Below are positions 8,217-16,820 of a stretch of 32,667 nt of DNA, one piece after another. How positions within the stretch are numbered: the first letter of the stretch is position 1; the number at the start of each line of letters is the position of its first letter. Below the pieces are notes generated by a model, which saw only the letters and a list, made by a program, of their open reading frames with translations, made no database searches and was not told where the DNA came from. Position numbers and translations under genes: made by a program. This DNA comes from an uncultured Anaerolineaceae bacterium (lineage in GTDB: Bacteria > Chloroflexota > Anaerolineae > Anaerolineales > E44-bin32): contig CAZJUE010000005.1 in assembly GCA_964549025.1 (NCBI GenBank), forward strand, positions 1-32,667, read 5' to 3'.

Positions 8217-9677
8217 CTATCCGACTTGGCACTCTGGGGTAGCGGTGCCTCCTACCAGGCCCTCGGCGCGCCAGCGCTCGAAGATCTCTTCGATCTGGGC
8301 GTGGGCTTCACACACCGCCTCCTCGGCGGTTACGGTGCCCTGCGCCGCTCGGGCCATCATCGTAGCCAGGATATTGGCGCCGAAGGCTTCGCCGGTGGCC
8401 GGGTTGGCCGGTCCGGGGAAGCCGATCCAGGCGGTCCAATCTATGGCATCCGCCAGCAGCGAAAGCTTGTCCGCCGGTCGGGAGCCAAATGGATCGTTGG
8501 CCACCCAATCATCCAACTGTGGAACGGTGCTGGGGAAGGCGGGGAAAGTGTAGAGCTCGGCGTTGAAGGTGGCCTGGTTGTAGTTGGCCACCAGGTGCAG
8601 CATGAACGCCTTGGCGGCTTCCAGTTCTGGGCCTTCCACATAGTTGGGGATCACGTAGATCGCCCACACGTGGGACGAGGCCCAGCGCTCGCCTCCAGGC
8701 CCAAATAGCGCCGGCCCGAAACCGATGTTGTCTGCTGCCTCAGCGTCGATCTTCTGCAGCGTGCGGTAGGCTGAGATCGAGTTCAGGATGTACGACACGT
8801 TGCCGGCGATGAGCTCTTGGTTGTTGGTGGCCGCCACCCAATCGAACGGCTCGATCAAGGGTGTCATCGCTTGCTGGTAGAGCTGACTCATGAGCTCGAC
8901 CGCCTGCACCACCTCCGGCGAGTCGATCACCACGTTCTCGTCTTCATCCTGAACCGAACCGCCGTGCGACCAAATGATCGCCCGGGCGGCCATGCGCGAA
9001 TCCAGCTCGGGGGACAAGCCCAAGCCGATCGGGACGCCGGCCTCATCCTTGATCTGTGCGCCTCCCTGGAGCAGTTCTTCCCAGGTCGATGGACCCTCTG
9101 GGAAGCCAACATCCGCCCACAGGCTGCGCACCGTATCCGCCGGATCCGGGACCCAGCCGTGGCAGAAGCCGTACCATTTATCGAGCGTCGGCAAGTAGGA
9201 GCTGTTGGCACAGTTATCGACCTGATCGCCGAACAGCTCTTGTGCCTGCATGTTGACGTCGGTCAGGTCCTGGATGCCGTTCACGAAGGCCGAGGGTGCG
9301 AAGAGCACCTCAACCATGGTGGGGCCTTCGCCGGCCTCAATTGCGGCCGACAGGGTGGCTGTGGTAGCCGGGATGTCGACGTGATCGACCTGTGTCTCAA
9401 CTCCGTTAGCCTCCCCCCAGGCCTCCAGGAAGGGGTCGAACCATACGTCGTATTGCGGGACGAAGTGGCTCCACTGCACGAGGTGGATGGAGGTGCCTTC
9501 GGGGAACTCAGGGACCTCCACCGGCACCTCAACGGTGGCCTCGACCGGGACTTCGACTTCTCGCGTGACTTCTACCTCTTGCACCTGTACTTCCGGCTCG
9601 GCCGGGGCACAAGCGCCAACCAGCAGTCCAAATACCGCCAGGCTACCAATGAGATACAGAATTGGCCTCTTCGACAC
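8217..9677 (-). CDS. CUT1-family extracellular solute-binding lipoprotein
   Basis: Lipobox LVGAC, EVEVTREVEVPVE linker, WSHFVPQYD, PSTWEEL; SD AAGGAGG before GTG. Confidence 0.9.
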   Translation of the reverse strand: MSKRPILYLIGSLAVFGLLVGACAPAEPEVQVQEVEVTREVEVPVEATVEVPVEVPEFPEGTSIHLVQWSHFVPQYDVWFDPFLEAWGEANGVETQVDHVDIPATTATLSAAIEAGEGPTMVEVLFAPSAFVNGIQDLTDVNMQAQELFGDQVDNCANSSYLPTLDKWYGFCHGWVPDPADTVRSLWADVGFPEGPSTWEELLQGGAQIKDEAGVPIGLGLSPELDSRMAARAIIWSHGGSVQDEDENVVIDSPEVVQAVELMSQLYQQAMTPLIEPFDWVAATNNQELIAGNVSYILNSISAYRTLQKIDAEAADNIGFGPALFGPGGERWASSHVWAIYVIPNYVEGPELEAAKAFMLHLVANYNQATFNAELYTFPAFPSTVPQLDDWVANDPFGSRPADKLSLLADAIDWTAWIGFPGPANPATGEAFGANILATMMARAAQGTVTAEEAVCEAHAQIEEIFERWRAEGLVGGTATPECQVG

Positions 9678-9751
9678 GGTTCTCCTCCTTCGGTTGTCGG
9701 TTGAACATCGTGAAACAGGGGATCTTCAGTTTAATCCAGCCGCGCCGTGCC

Positions 9752-9766
9752 GTCAAATGATTTGAC
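9752..9766. promoter_or_regulatory. Palindromic candidate operator GTCAAATGATTTGAC
   Basis: Perfect 7-1-7 inverted repeat between the divergent SBP and SDR genes; overlaps a TTGACA hexamer (9762-9767). Confidence 0.5.
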
Positions 9767-9852
9767 AATTCGCCGCACAAAGCAGCGCTCCAGCGGATGC
9801 GTTAGCATTAGCGGGCCGGCTCGCTGGAGTCTGGCAACCCGAAGGAGGGCAG

Positions 9853-10641
9853 ATGGATCTACAGCTTGAGGATCAGGTGGCGCTGGTGGCGGCCGCTTCG
9901 GCGGGGTTGGGAAAAGCCGCCGCCCGGGCGTTGGGGCGCGAGGGCGCGAAGCTGGCGATCTGTGCCCGCAGTGAGGCACTGGAGGAAGCGGCGGACCAGA
10001 TCCGCGATGAGACCGGTGCCGAGGTGCTGGCGGTGCGGACCGATCTGACCGAACGCGAGCAAGTGGAGGCTTTTGTCGGCCAGGCGCACGACCACTACGG
10101 CCAGATCGACATCCTGGTGGCCAACTGCGGTGGAACCCCGACTGGAGAGTTCATGGATCTCAGCCTGGAAGACTGGCAGCATGGCATCGATGTCACCATC
10201 ATGGCCACGTTGTACCTGTGCTACGCGGTGATCCCGCACATGCTGGAGCGCGGATCCGGGTGCATCATCGCCAGCCAGTCGTACACCGTCAAACAGCCGT
10301 TGGCGCGGGTGATCACCTCCAATTCGCTGCGCATGGCGGTGATTGGGATGATGAAGACGCTGGCCAACGAACTGGGACCCAAGGGGATCCGGGTCAACTC
10401 GATCAACCCGGCTTGGACCTGGACCGAACGGGTGGAGCAACTGATGGCCGATCGGGCGGAGGTCAGCGGCACTTCGGTCGAGGTGGAAAGCGACAAGATC
10501 ACCGCGGCGGTGCCGTTGGGCCGAATGGGAACCCTGGATGAATACGGAAATACCATCGCTTGGCTGGCTTCGCCGGCGGCCGGATTCGTCCATGGGCACG
10601 CGCTGTTTATCGACGGCGGCACGGTGCAGGCTCCGCTCTAG
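9853..10641 (+). CDS. Short-chain dehydrogenase/reductase (BKR-like subgroup)
   Basis: AASAGLGKA Rossmann variant, DILVANCGG, SNSLR in place of YxxxK, GIRVNSINP, DGG; SD GAAGGAGG. Confidence 0.92.
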   Translation: MDLQLEDQVALVAAASAGLGKAAARALGREGAKLAICARSEALEEAADQIRDETGAEVLAVRTDLTEREQVEAFVGQAHDHYGQIDILVANCGGTPTGEFMDLSLEDWQHGIDVTIMATLYLCYAVIPHMLERGSGCIIASQSYTVKQPLARVITSNSLRMAVIGMMKTLANELGPKGIRVNSINPAWTWTERVEQLMADRAEVSGTSVEVESDKITAAVPLGRMGTLDEYGNTIAWLASPAAGFVHGHALFIDGGTVQAPL

Positions 10642-10744
10642 GCTGAGGTTGCCTCCGGCCAAGGGCTTCCCGCACTTTGCTTCACTGCAATTTAGCTTGA
10701 AAGCCTAATCTTTGGCTGCGCACCCGGCGCGAACCCCCTGTGCT

Positions 10745-10753
10745 TGGTAGAAT
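10745..10753 (+). promoter_or_regulatory. Extended -10 promoter (TGGTAGAAT) for lipA
   Basis: TGnTAGAAT ends 9 nt before the ATG and there is no SD sequence. Confidence 0.55.
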
Positions 10754-10762
10754 TTCCCAGCT

Positions 10763-11686
10763 ATGTCGACCGTAATTCGCGACGCTGATGTCCTGCCGCT
10801 GCCCACCCGTCGGCCGGAATGGATCAAAGTACGCGCCCCCTCCGGCGCCAATTACGAGAGCGTGCTGGACACCATGCGCTCCAAGCGGCTGCACACGGTG
10901 TGCGAAGAAGCCCGCTGCCCGAACTTGGGCGAATGCTGGGGCGACGGCACCGCCACCTTCCTCCTGATGGGGGATACCTGCACCCGCTCTTGCGGTTTCT
11001 GCGACATCAAAACTGGTCGGCCGGAGGCGTTGGACTGGCTGGAGCCGGAGCGGGTGGCGCGGGCAGTGCGCGACATGAACCTCAGGCACGCGGTAATCAC
11101 CAGCGTCAACCGCGACGAGCGCCTCGATGGCGGAGCACCGATCTTCGCCATGGTGATCCGCCGCATCCGCCAGCTGCAGCCTGGTTGCTCGGTGGAAGTG
11201 CTGATTCCGGATTTCAAGGGCTCGCGTCCGGCGCTGAGGATTGTGATGGATGCCCGGCCCGAGATACTCAACCACAACGTCGAGACCGTGCGGCGATTGT
11301 TCAAGCAGGTGCAGCCGCAGGACGACTACCGCTGGGCCCGGGCCACGCTGACCAACGCCAAAGAACTCGATCCCGATGTGCTGACCAAATCCGGCATCAT
11401 GGTCGGGCTGGGCGAGACCATCGAGGAGGTCAAGCTGACCATGGATGACCTCCGCAACTGGGGAGTCGACATCCTGACCATCGGCCAGTACTTGCAGCCC
11501 AGCCGCAAACACCTGCCGATCGAGCGCTACTACCACCCGGACGAATTTGCCGAACTCAAGGACTACGGAATGGATATCGGCTTTCGCTGGGTGGAAAGCG
11601 GCCCGCTGGTGCGCTCGTCCTACCACGCTGAAAAGCAGGTGCGGGCGCTTTCGGTCGTGCACCGGGAGCTTTACGGGGAGAGCTAG
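10763..11686 (+). CDS. lipA: Lipoyl synthase
   Basis: [12 protein letters not shown], radical-SAM [28 protein letters not shown]. Confidence 0.98.
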   Translation: MSTVIRDADVLPLPTRRPEWIKVRAPSGANYESVLDTMRSKRLHTVCEEARCPNLGECWGDGTATFLLMGDTCTRSCGFCDIKTGRPEALDWLEPERVARAVRDMNLRHAVITSVNRDERLDGGAPIFAMVIRRIRQLQPGCSVEVLIPDFKGSRPALRIVMDARPEILNHNVETVRRLFKQVQPQDDYRWARATLTNAKELDPDVLTKSGIMVGLGETIEEVKLTMDDLRNWGVDILTIGQYLQPSRKHLPIERYYHPDEFAELKDYGMDIGFRWVESGPLVRSSYHAEKQVRALSVVHRELYGES

Positions 11687-11743
11687 TCGGGAGCAATTAG
11701 CGGCGCTCCGAATTGGAGCGACGACGGTGCCACAGGCAAGTAC

Positions 11744-11765
11744 GCTCGGGGAAACCCGAGCTTTT
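11744..11765 (+). terminator. Intrinsic terminator after lipA
   Basis: GCTCGGG-GAAA-CCCGAGC hairpin followed by TTTT. Confidence 0.75.
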
Positions 11766-11781
11766 GGTTAGGTGAGTATGC

Positions 11782-13461
11782 CTAAGAACCTGGGGACCGG
11801 GCTACTCGCACGCTGCGGCCTTCGATCTCGAGGTAGACCACAACCGCGTTGTTGGTCTCGTCGGATTCCTGTATCAGGTTGAACGGGTCGGCGATCGACA
11901 TCAGCGCGTAGGATCCATCCGGCAATCCGGAGATGTCGATCGACTGCCCGGGTAGGTAGTAGTCGTACACATCGGCCCAACCGACCGATAGCCCCTGCCG
12001 GCCGTAGCTGCAGCTGCCGTAGCCCATGTAGGTCGCCTGGTTGGGATGCGGCTGACGGTGGATGTCGCGCAAGCAATAGCTGACCTTGTCGCTGGTCGCC
12101 ACCACCTGGTCCAGATTGCCATCGGCCTGCAACGACCACAGCTCGTACAGCGCGAAGCTGTCCAGATGCCAGTGGTTATGGCCGGGATGAAACACGAACT
12201 GGCCGACGTAACGTTCTTGGTAATCCTCGTTCGGGTCGAAGATCCGCTGCACCACCTGATGTGAAGCGCCGTCAGCCCCGACCTTGCCCCACAGCTCCAG
12301 CGGCCCGTAGCCAGCATTCCAGACCGAGTTGGTCAACCGCAGCAGCGTTGTATCGGTGTAACTGCTGTAGGTAATTTGCAGTCTGCTCGGGGTGAGGGTT
12401 TGTAGGTCCGGCAGCAACAGCAGCCGGTGTTCGGCATCTGCGCCAAACAACCCGGCCAGCAGCTCGGGATCGGGTTCACCGCCATCCAGGTAAAGCTCGG
12501 CGATGGCGGCGGTGCGGTCCGGCGGCACGCCCAGCGGTTTGGGTCCGGCCTCCTGTGAGGCGTTCAACGGGACCACCATCGTCTCGCTTCCGGTCAGCAG
12601 CTTGGTCAGCTGCGCCGGATCGCTGCCGCCGTATTCATACGGGAAAACCGCCGCCGGTTGCAGAGTGTGGGCGAGTTCCGCGGCCTGCTCGGCTGACAAT
12701 GAGGTCAGATCGTCGACGCTCAACAAAGCAATGTCCAGATCCTGAATTCGCTCCAGCCCGCGGATGAAATGCACCTGGCCGGTCAGCAACAGCTTGAATT
12801 CGCCGAAGGTGGCCACGTAGCTGTTGCCGGGCCGCAGGCGGGCTCCATCCGGCGACATTTCGGCCCGGAAGGACTGCAGTGCGGTGAGTTCGATCTGGTC
12901 GATGGTGACCACCACGCCGTTGCGCAGTTGGGTGAAGGGCAACAGCCCGCGCAGCAGCTCTGCGGAGCTTTCGTCGACGATGAGCTGAGTGCCAGGCCCG
13001 GACAGTGCTCGAATGGCGTGCAGATCGAGGTGCTCCGGGAGCGGATCGGTGATCCAGATCTGATCGGCCTGCGGCAGCTGGCTGTAGTCGCCGACCTCCG
13101 ACCACGGGTTCACGTGCACCACCGCGTCGCCGAACTTCAGCATCAGCGACCCGGCACCGACCTGGCGCAGCTTGACCGTGCCGGTGGGGGTGTCAAACAC
13201 GATGGTGCGCTCGCCGAACTCGTCCTGCCAATTCAGTCGGGCCAGCAGCGCCGGCTCGGCGGCGCTGACCGGAGCGGGTTCGGGATCAGGCTCCAGAGCG
13301 GATTCGAGCGTCGGCGCTGCCTCGACCGGTTCGGGCACCGCGAATAGCACCTCCCCCGGAACCGCCGCGGGGGCGGATGGCGCGCAGGCGCCCAGCACGG
13401 CCGCCCACAGCAGCGTGGTGAGCAGCCATCGGGCGCGCGAAATCATACGGCGCGGGGACAT
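11782..13461 (-). CDS. Lipoprotein: degenerate metallo-beta-lactamase fold fused to a lysyl oxidase-like domain
   Basis: Lipobox VLGAC. Middle region follows MBL-fold hydrolases (GAGSLMLKFG...HVNPW...LPQADQIWITDPLPEHLD...FPYEY). C-terminus has LOX motifs HPGHNHWH, KVSYCLRD, GLSVGWADVY, GQSIDISGLPDG, ESDETNN. Confidence 0.85.
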   Translation of the reverse strand: MSPRRMISRARWLLTTLLWAAVLGACAPSAPAAVPGEVLFAVPEPVEAAPTLESALEPDPEPAPVSAAEPALLARLNWQDEFGERTIVFDTPTGTVKLRQVGAGSLMLKFGDAVVHVNPWSEVGDYSQLPQADQIWITDPLPEHLDLHAIRALSGPGTQLIVDESSAELLRGLLPFTQLRNGVVVTIDQIELTALQSFRAEMSPDGARLRPGNSYVATFGEFKLLLTGQVHFIRGLERIQDLDIALLSVDDLTSLSAEQAAELAHTLQPAAVFPYEYGGSDPAQLTKLLTGSETMVVPLNASQEAGPKPLGVPPDRTAAIAELYLDGGEPDPELLAGLFGADAEHRLLLLPDLQTLTPSRLQITYSSYTDTTLLRLTNSVWNAGYGPLELWGKVGADGASHQVVQRIFDPNEDYQERYVGQFVFHPGHNHWHLDSFALYELWSLQADGNLDQVVATSDKVSYCLRDIHRQPHPNQATYMGYGSCSYGRQGLSVGWADVYDYYLPGQSIDISGLPDGSYALMSIADPFNLIQESDETNNAVVVYLEIEGRSVRVARSPGS

Positions 13462-13628
13462 CGGCTCAAGGGTACTACATAGGATGGCGCGGTTGTGAAT
13501 AGTGCAACCGGCCCAAGTGGGGCCGCCAACCGCGTCCCCTGGCAGGCTGACCGTTCAGCGACAGTGCAAGGTTGGGCTCGGGCTGGGCTGGGCGTGAGCG
13601 AAGCGCAACTGCGCTGGTGATACCCGTT

Positions 13629-14906
13629 CTACCTGCGGGGCTTGGCCAATCCAAGCTCAGCGCCCATCTGATATTCGGGAAAGACTTCGTCCAACCGGTC
13701 GTTGTTCATGCGGCGGAGCAGGATCTCGCCCAACACCTGCCGATAGTCGGTGGTGATTGCCAGGTCACCCGGGCCATATAGATCGCTCGGAGCTAATCCT
13801 GGCCACTCGCCGTAAACGTTTCCACCTTGGATACCGCCGCCCATCACGAACATCACCCCGCCGTGGCCATGGTCGGTGCCGCCGCCGCCGTTCTCTTCCA
13901 CCCGGCGACCGAATTCCGACATGGTCACCACCGTCACGTCCGCCATTTGTTCGCCCAGGTCCTGGTGGAATGCAGCCAGGCCGGTTGCCAGCGATGCCAT
14001 CAACTGCGGCATGCGGCCATCCTCGGCGCCCTGCTGCACGTGAGTGTCCCAGCCGCCCAGGTCCACGCAGGCGATCTCCAGTCCTAGCTCGGCCTTGGCC
14101 AGCAACGCGATCTGGCCGAGCGCCCGGCCGAAATCATCTTGCGGGTACTCAGCGCCGGCGGCCGGTTGGTAGGCGGTCGGATCCAGACTGGCCAGCAGAT
14201 CGACGGCCTCCAGGGTGGTCGCCGCCTGGCTGGCCAGCTCTGCTCCCAGGCCATCGGCCGGGAGCCGATAGAGCGAACTCAAGGTCTGTTGGAGCACGGC
14301 CACCGCCTTTGGATCGCCAGGCAGGTGGAACTCGGCAACCGACTGCAGCGCGGCGGCCGATACCGGACCGCGCAGCGAGGCTTGCAGGCCGGCGCCGATG
14401 CCGACCGCCCGAAACGGCGAATCGTTATCCCAGGGCGCGGTCATCAGATGCCGGGCGATCCATCCGGTCGCCAGCTGTTTCTCGCCTGGGGTGCCGCGCT
14501 CCATGTAATCCATGGCGTCGAAGTGCGAGTGGGTGGGATCGGGGGAGCCGACCGCGTGCACGATAGCGAGTTGACCCGCAAGGTAAGGGTCGTGCAGCGG
14601 GCGAAGCGCTGGATGCAGGCTGAAGCGCTGGTCGAGCTCGACGGCGGTGGAATCGTTCCCGCTGGAGGGTTCGTCGATTGCCAGAGTCGTACGGGCGTCG
14701 TAGTAGGCTGTTTCGAAGTGCGGGATCACGGCGTTCAGGCCGTCCATTCCGCCGCGCAGGAAAACGCACACCAGCAAATCACCGGAAGGCGGACTGCCGG
14801 GGGGCGCGAAGGCCAGTCTTGGAGTCCAGCCAGGGAGCGCCAGTGGCGCGGTGGACAAACCAGCCAATTGCAGGAAATCGCGTCGGGTGAGATTAGCTTC
14901 GCTCAT
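13629..14906 (-). CDS. DUF1501 family protein, Tat-exported
   Basis: TRRDFL twin-Arg; VFLRGGMDGLN, SHFDAMD, GGWDTH, SEFGRRVEENGGGGTDHGHG. ATG 14906 overlaps the DUF1800 stop (ATGA). Confidence 0.92.
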   Translation of the reverse strand: MSEANLTRRDFLQLAGLSTAPLALPGWTPRLAFAPPGSPPSGDLLVCVFLRGGMDGLNAVIPHFETAYYDARTTLAIDEPSSGNDSTAVELDQRFSLHPALRPLHDPYLAGQLAIVHAVGSPDPTHSHFDAMDYMERGTPGEKQLATGWIARHLMTAPWDNDSPFRAVGIGAGLQASLRGPVSAAALQSVAEFHLPGDPKAVAVLQQTLSSLYRLPADGLGAELASQAATTLEAVDLLASLDPTAYQPAAGAEYPQDDFGRALGQIALLAKAELGLEIACVDLGGWDTHVQQGAEDGRMPQLMASLATGLAAFHQDLGEQMADVTVVTMSEFGRRVEENGGGGTDHGHGGVMFVMGGGIQGGNVYGEWPGLAPSDLYGPGDLAITTDYRQVLGEILLRRMNNDRLDEVFPEYQMGAELGLAKPRR

Positions 14907-16405
14907 CGTAATTGGAAAGTTGACGAACACAGCACCAGCCCAGCCAGCACATTGACCAGCTCGACCTGCCGGGGAAGTTGGGCGGCGTCCACTGTGTGGC
15001 CGAAATCAATCAGCACCTTCTGCGCATCCGGCGGCAAGGCCTGGCCTAGTAGCTGGAGGCAGAGCGCGTCGACCATCTGCGGGATCGAGCCGTCCACCAC
15101 CGGGAGCGCGAGATCCACGCCGCGGATTGCACCTGAGGCCAGTGTCAGCGCCAGATTCCAACGGTAGAGCGATTGGCTGGTGCTGCTCCAGGCGGCTGCG
15201 TAGTCCGGATATCCGTCGGGCGCCGGCCATCCGAAGGGGATCTGACCCAGCAGCCGAAGGTATTGGCGCAGCAACCGATCCAATCGCCCGTCGGCGCCGC
15301 TCACCCGGATCGCCGAAACCGCGAAGTCCAGCGGGCGCTTCAGTTTCTGGCCCGCAGATGAGGCGAACTCGTCGGAGTAGAAGATGGTCCGTAGCATGGT
15401 CGGAATGTCGCCTCCGCTGTCGGTGTAGCTCGCAGTCACCGCCTCCACCAGCGAAGTCGGTGGGTCGTCGGCCACGAAACGCCCCACCAGCTTGCCGGCG
15501 ATGTGGCGTGCGGTGGAGGGATGCTCGGCCAGGATCTTGAGCACCCGGTCGCCATCAGCCTGCCCACCGGGGAGCTCGTACCCCAGCACGGTCTTGGGAC
15601 CCCGGTCGTGCCATTCTGCTCGGAAGGTGAATTCGCCGGCGGATCGACCACCGCGTCGCAATCCCTCCACTGACCAACCGGTAAAAGCCAGTGCCACGGC
15701 GTCGATGTCGGCGTGACTGTAGCCGCCATCGACGCCCAAGCTGTGCAGCTCCATCAGCTCGCGGGCGTAGTTCTCATTGGGCTCCGGCTGCCTCGATTGG
15801 GCGTTATCCAGATAGACCAACATCGCCGGGCTGTGGGCAGAAGCACGCAGCAGCTCCGGGAAGCTCCCCAGCGCATGGGCCCGGATCACCGCGCGATCGT
15901 CTTGACCCTTCAGGTACAGCTCGGGCGGTTGGAAGGCGTGGATGTTGAAGTGGTTGGTCCAGAAGTCGACCATCAGCTCGTAAAGCTGGGCGGGGCTGTA
16001 GATCTGGCGCGTCAGCGTGCCGGCTACCAGCTCGGTCGCCACCCGGGCGTTATCGTCCAATTCCGCCAGCTCAGCCGGCGACATGTTTAGCGTTTCGAAG
16101 TCGGTCAGCCGGGCATCAACCGGGGCGTGGTCCAACGTTGCTGGATCCAGCTGCTGCTCGATCCAGAGCTCCAGCCCGGCAGTTTGTGCAGCGACCAGCT
16201 CATGGGCGGTTGGCCCAAAGGTCGCGCGACGCAAGGTGTGCAAAATCAAGCCATCTGCGTCGAGCAGAGTCGCGGCGGGCTTGGCCACCGGGCCGCCAGA
16301 ACGGGCTTGCGGCACCAGGTCGGGTGAACAAGCTGCCAGCGCGGCTAGCGTGCTGCTCACCCCGGTCAGCTGAAGGAAGTCTCGGCGGGAAAGCTGACGT
16401 TCCAT
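14903..16405 (-). CDS. DUF1800 family protein, Tat lipoprotein
   Basis: SRRDFL plus LAAC lipobox; LRRATFGP, MVDFWTNHF, PAMLVYLDN, NENYARELMELHSLG, FTGW, PDGYP. Start moved to ATG 16405. Confidence 0.92.
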   Translation of the reverse strand: MERQLSRRDFLQLTGVSSTLAALAACSPDLVPQARSGGPVAKPAATLLDADGLILHTLRRATFGPTAHELVAAQTAGLELWIEQQLDPATLDHAPVDARLTDFETLNMSPAELAELDDNARVATELVAGTLTRQIYSPAQLYELMVDFWTNHFNIHAFQPPELYLKGQDDRAVIRAHALGSFPELLRASAHSPAMLVYLDNAQSRQPEPNENYARELMELHSLGVDGGYSHADIDAVALAFTGWSVEGLRRGGRSAGEFTFRAEWHDRGPKTVLGYELPGGQADGDRVLKILAEHPSTARHIAGKLVGRFVADDPPTSLVEAVTASYTDSGGDIPTMLRTIFYSDEFASSAGQKLKRPLDFAVSAIRVSGADGRLDRLLRQYLRLLGQIPFGWPAPDGYPDYAAAWSSTSQSLYRWNLALTLASGAIRGVDLALPVVDGSIPQMVDALCLQLLGQALPPDAQKVLIDFGHTVDAAQLPRQVELVNVLAGLVLCSSTFQLR

Positions 16406-16481
16406 GGCCGCATTTTCGGTCGGCGATTTCAGCTCCGGATTAGCGGGATGTAAAATCCATCGCCGACGATCGAGGACTGTG

Positions 16482-16820
16482 ATGGAGCGGATCAGCTGGG
16501 AGCAATTCGAGCGGGTGGAAATGCGGGTCGGTCGAGTGTTGGAGGCGGAGCCCTTCCCAGAGGCGCGCAATCCCTCGTTGCTGCTGCAGGTCGATTTCGG
16601 ACCGCAGCTCGGCCGGCGACGATCGGCGGCCGCCATTGCAGACATCTACGCCGCCGACGAATTGATCGGCCGGCTGGTGGTGGCCGTGGTCAACTTCCCG
16701 CCCAAGCAGATTGCCAACCACATGTCGGAAGCCCTGGTATTGGCCGGCGTAAACGGCGACGGATCGCTGCGGCTGCTGCAGCCGGATGCTGAGGTCGAGT
16801 TGGGGGCCCGAGTACGGTGA
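16482..16820 (+). CDS. csaA: tRNA-binding / export chaperone CsaA (Trbp111 OB fold)
   Basis: MRVGRV, PFPEARNP, VDFGP, AVVNFPPKQIA, SEALVL, LLQPD. Confidence 0.9.
   Translation: MERISWEQFERVEMRVGRVLEAEPFPEARNPSLLLQVDFGPQLGRRRSAAAIADIYAADELIGRLVVAVVNFPPKQIANHMSEALVLAGVNGDGSLRLLQPDAEVELGARVR

Noticed and set aside
9505-9600. EVEVTREVEVPVE low-complexity repeat in the SBP
   Set aside because: A common linker in lipoproteins of this type, not a distinct element.
10318-10335. SDR lacks the YxxxK catalytic motif (possible pseudogene)
   Set aside because: SNxxR replacement is typical of a known BKR-like SDR subgroup and the frame is intact.
14903-16645. N-terminal extensions in track ORFs (DUF1800, MalG-like, gmk, AAA-R3H, second EcfA)
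   Set aside because: The extensions overlap neighbouring genes; downstream starts fit signal peptides and stop/start coupling.
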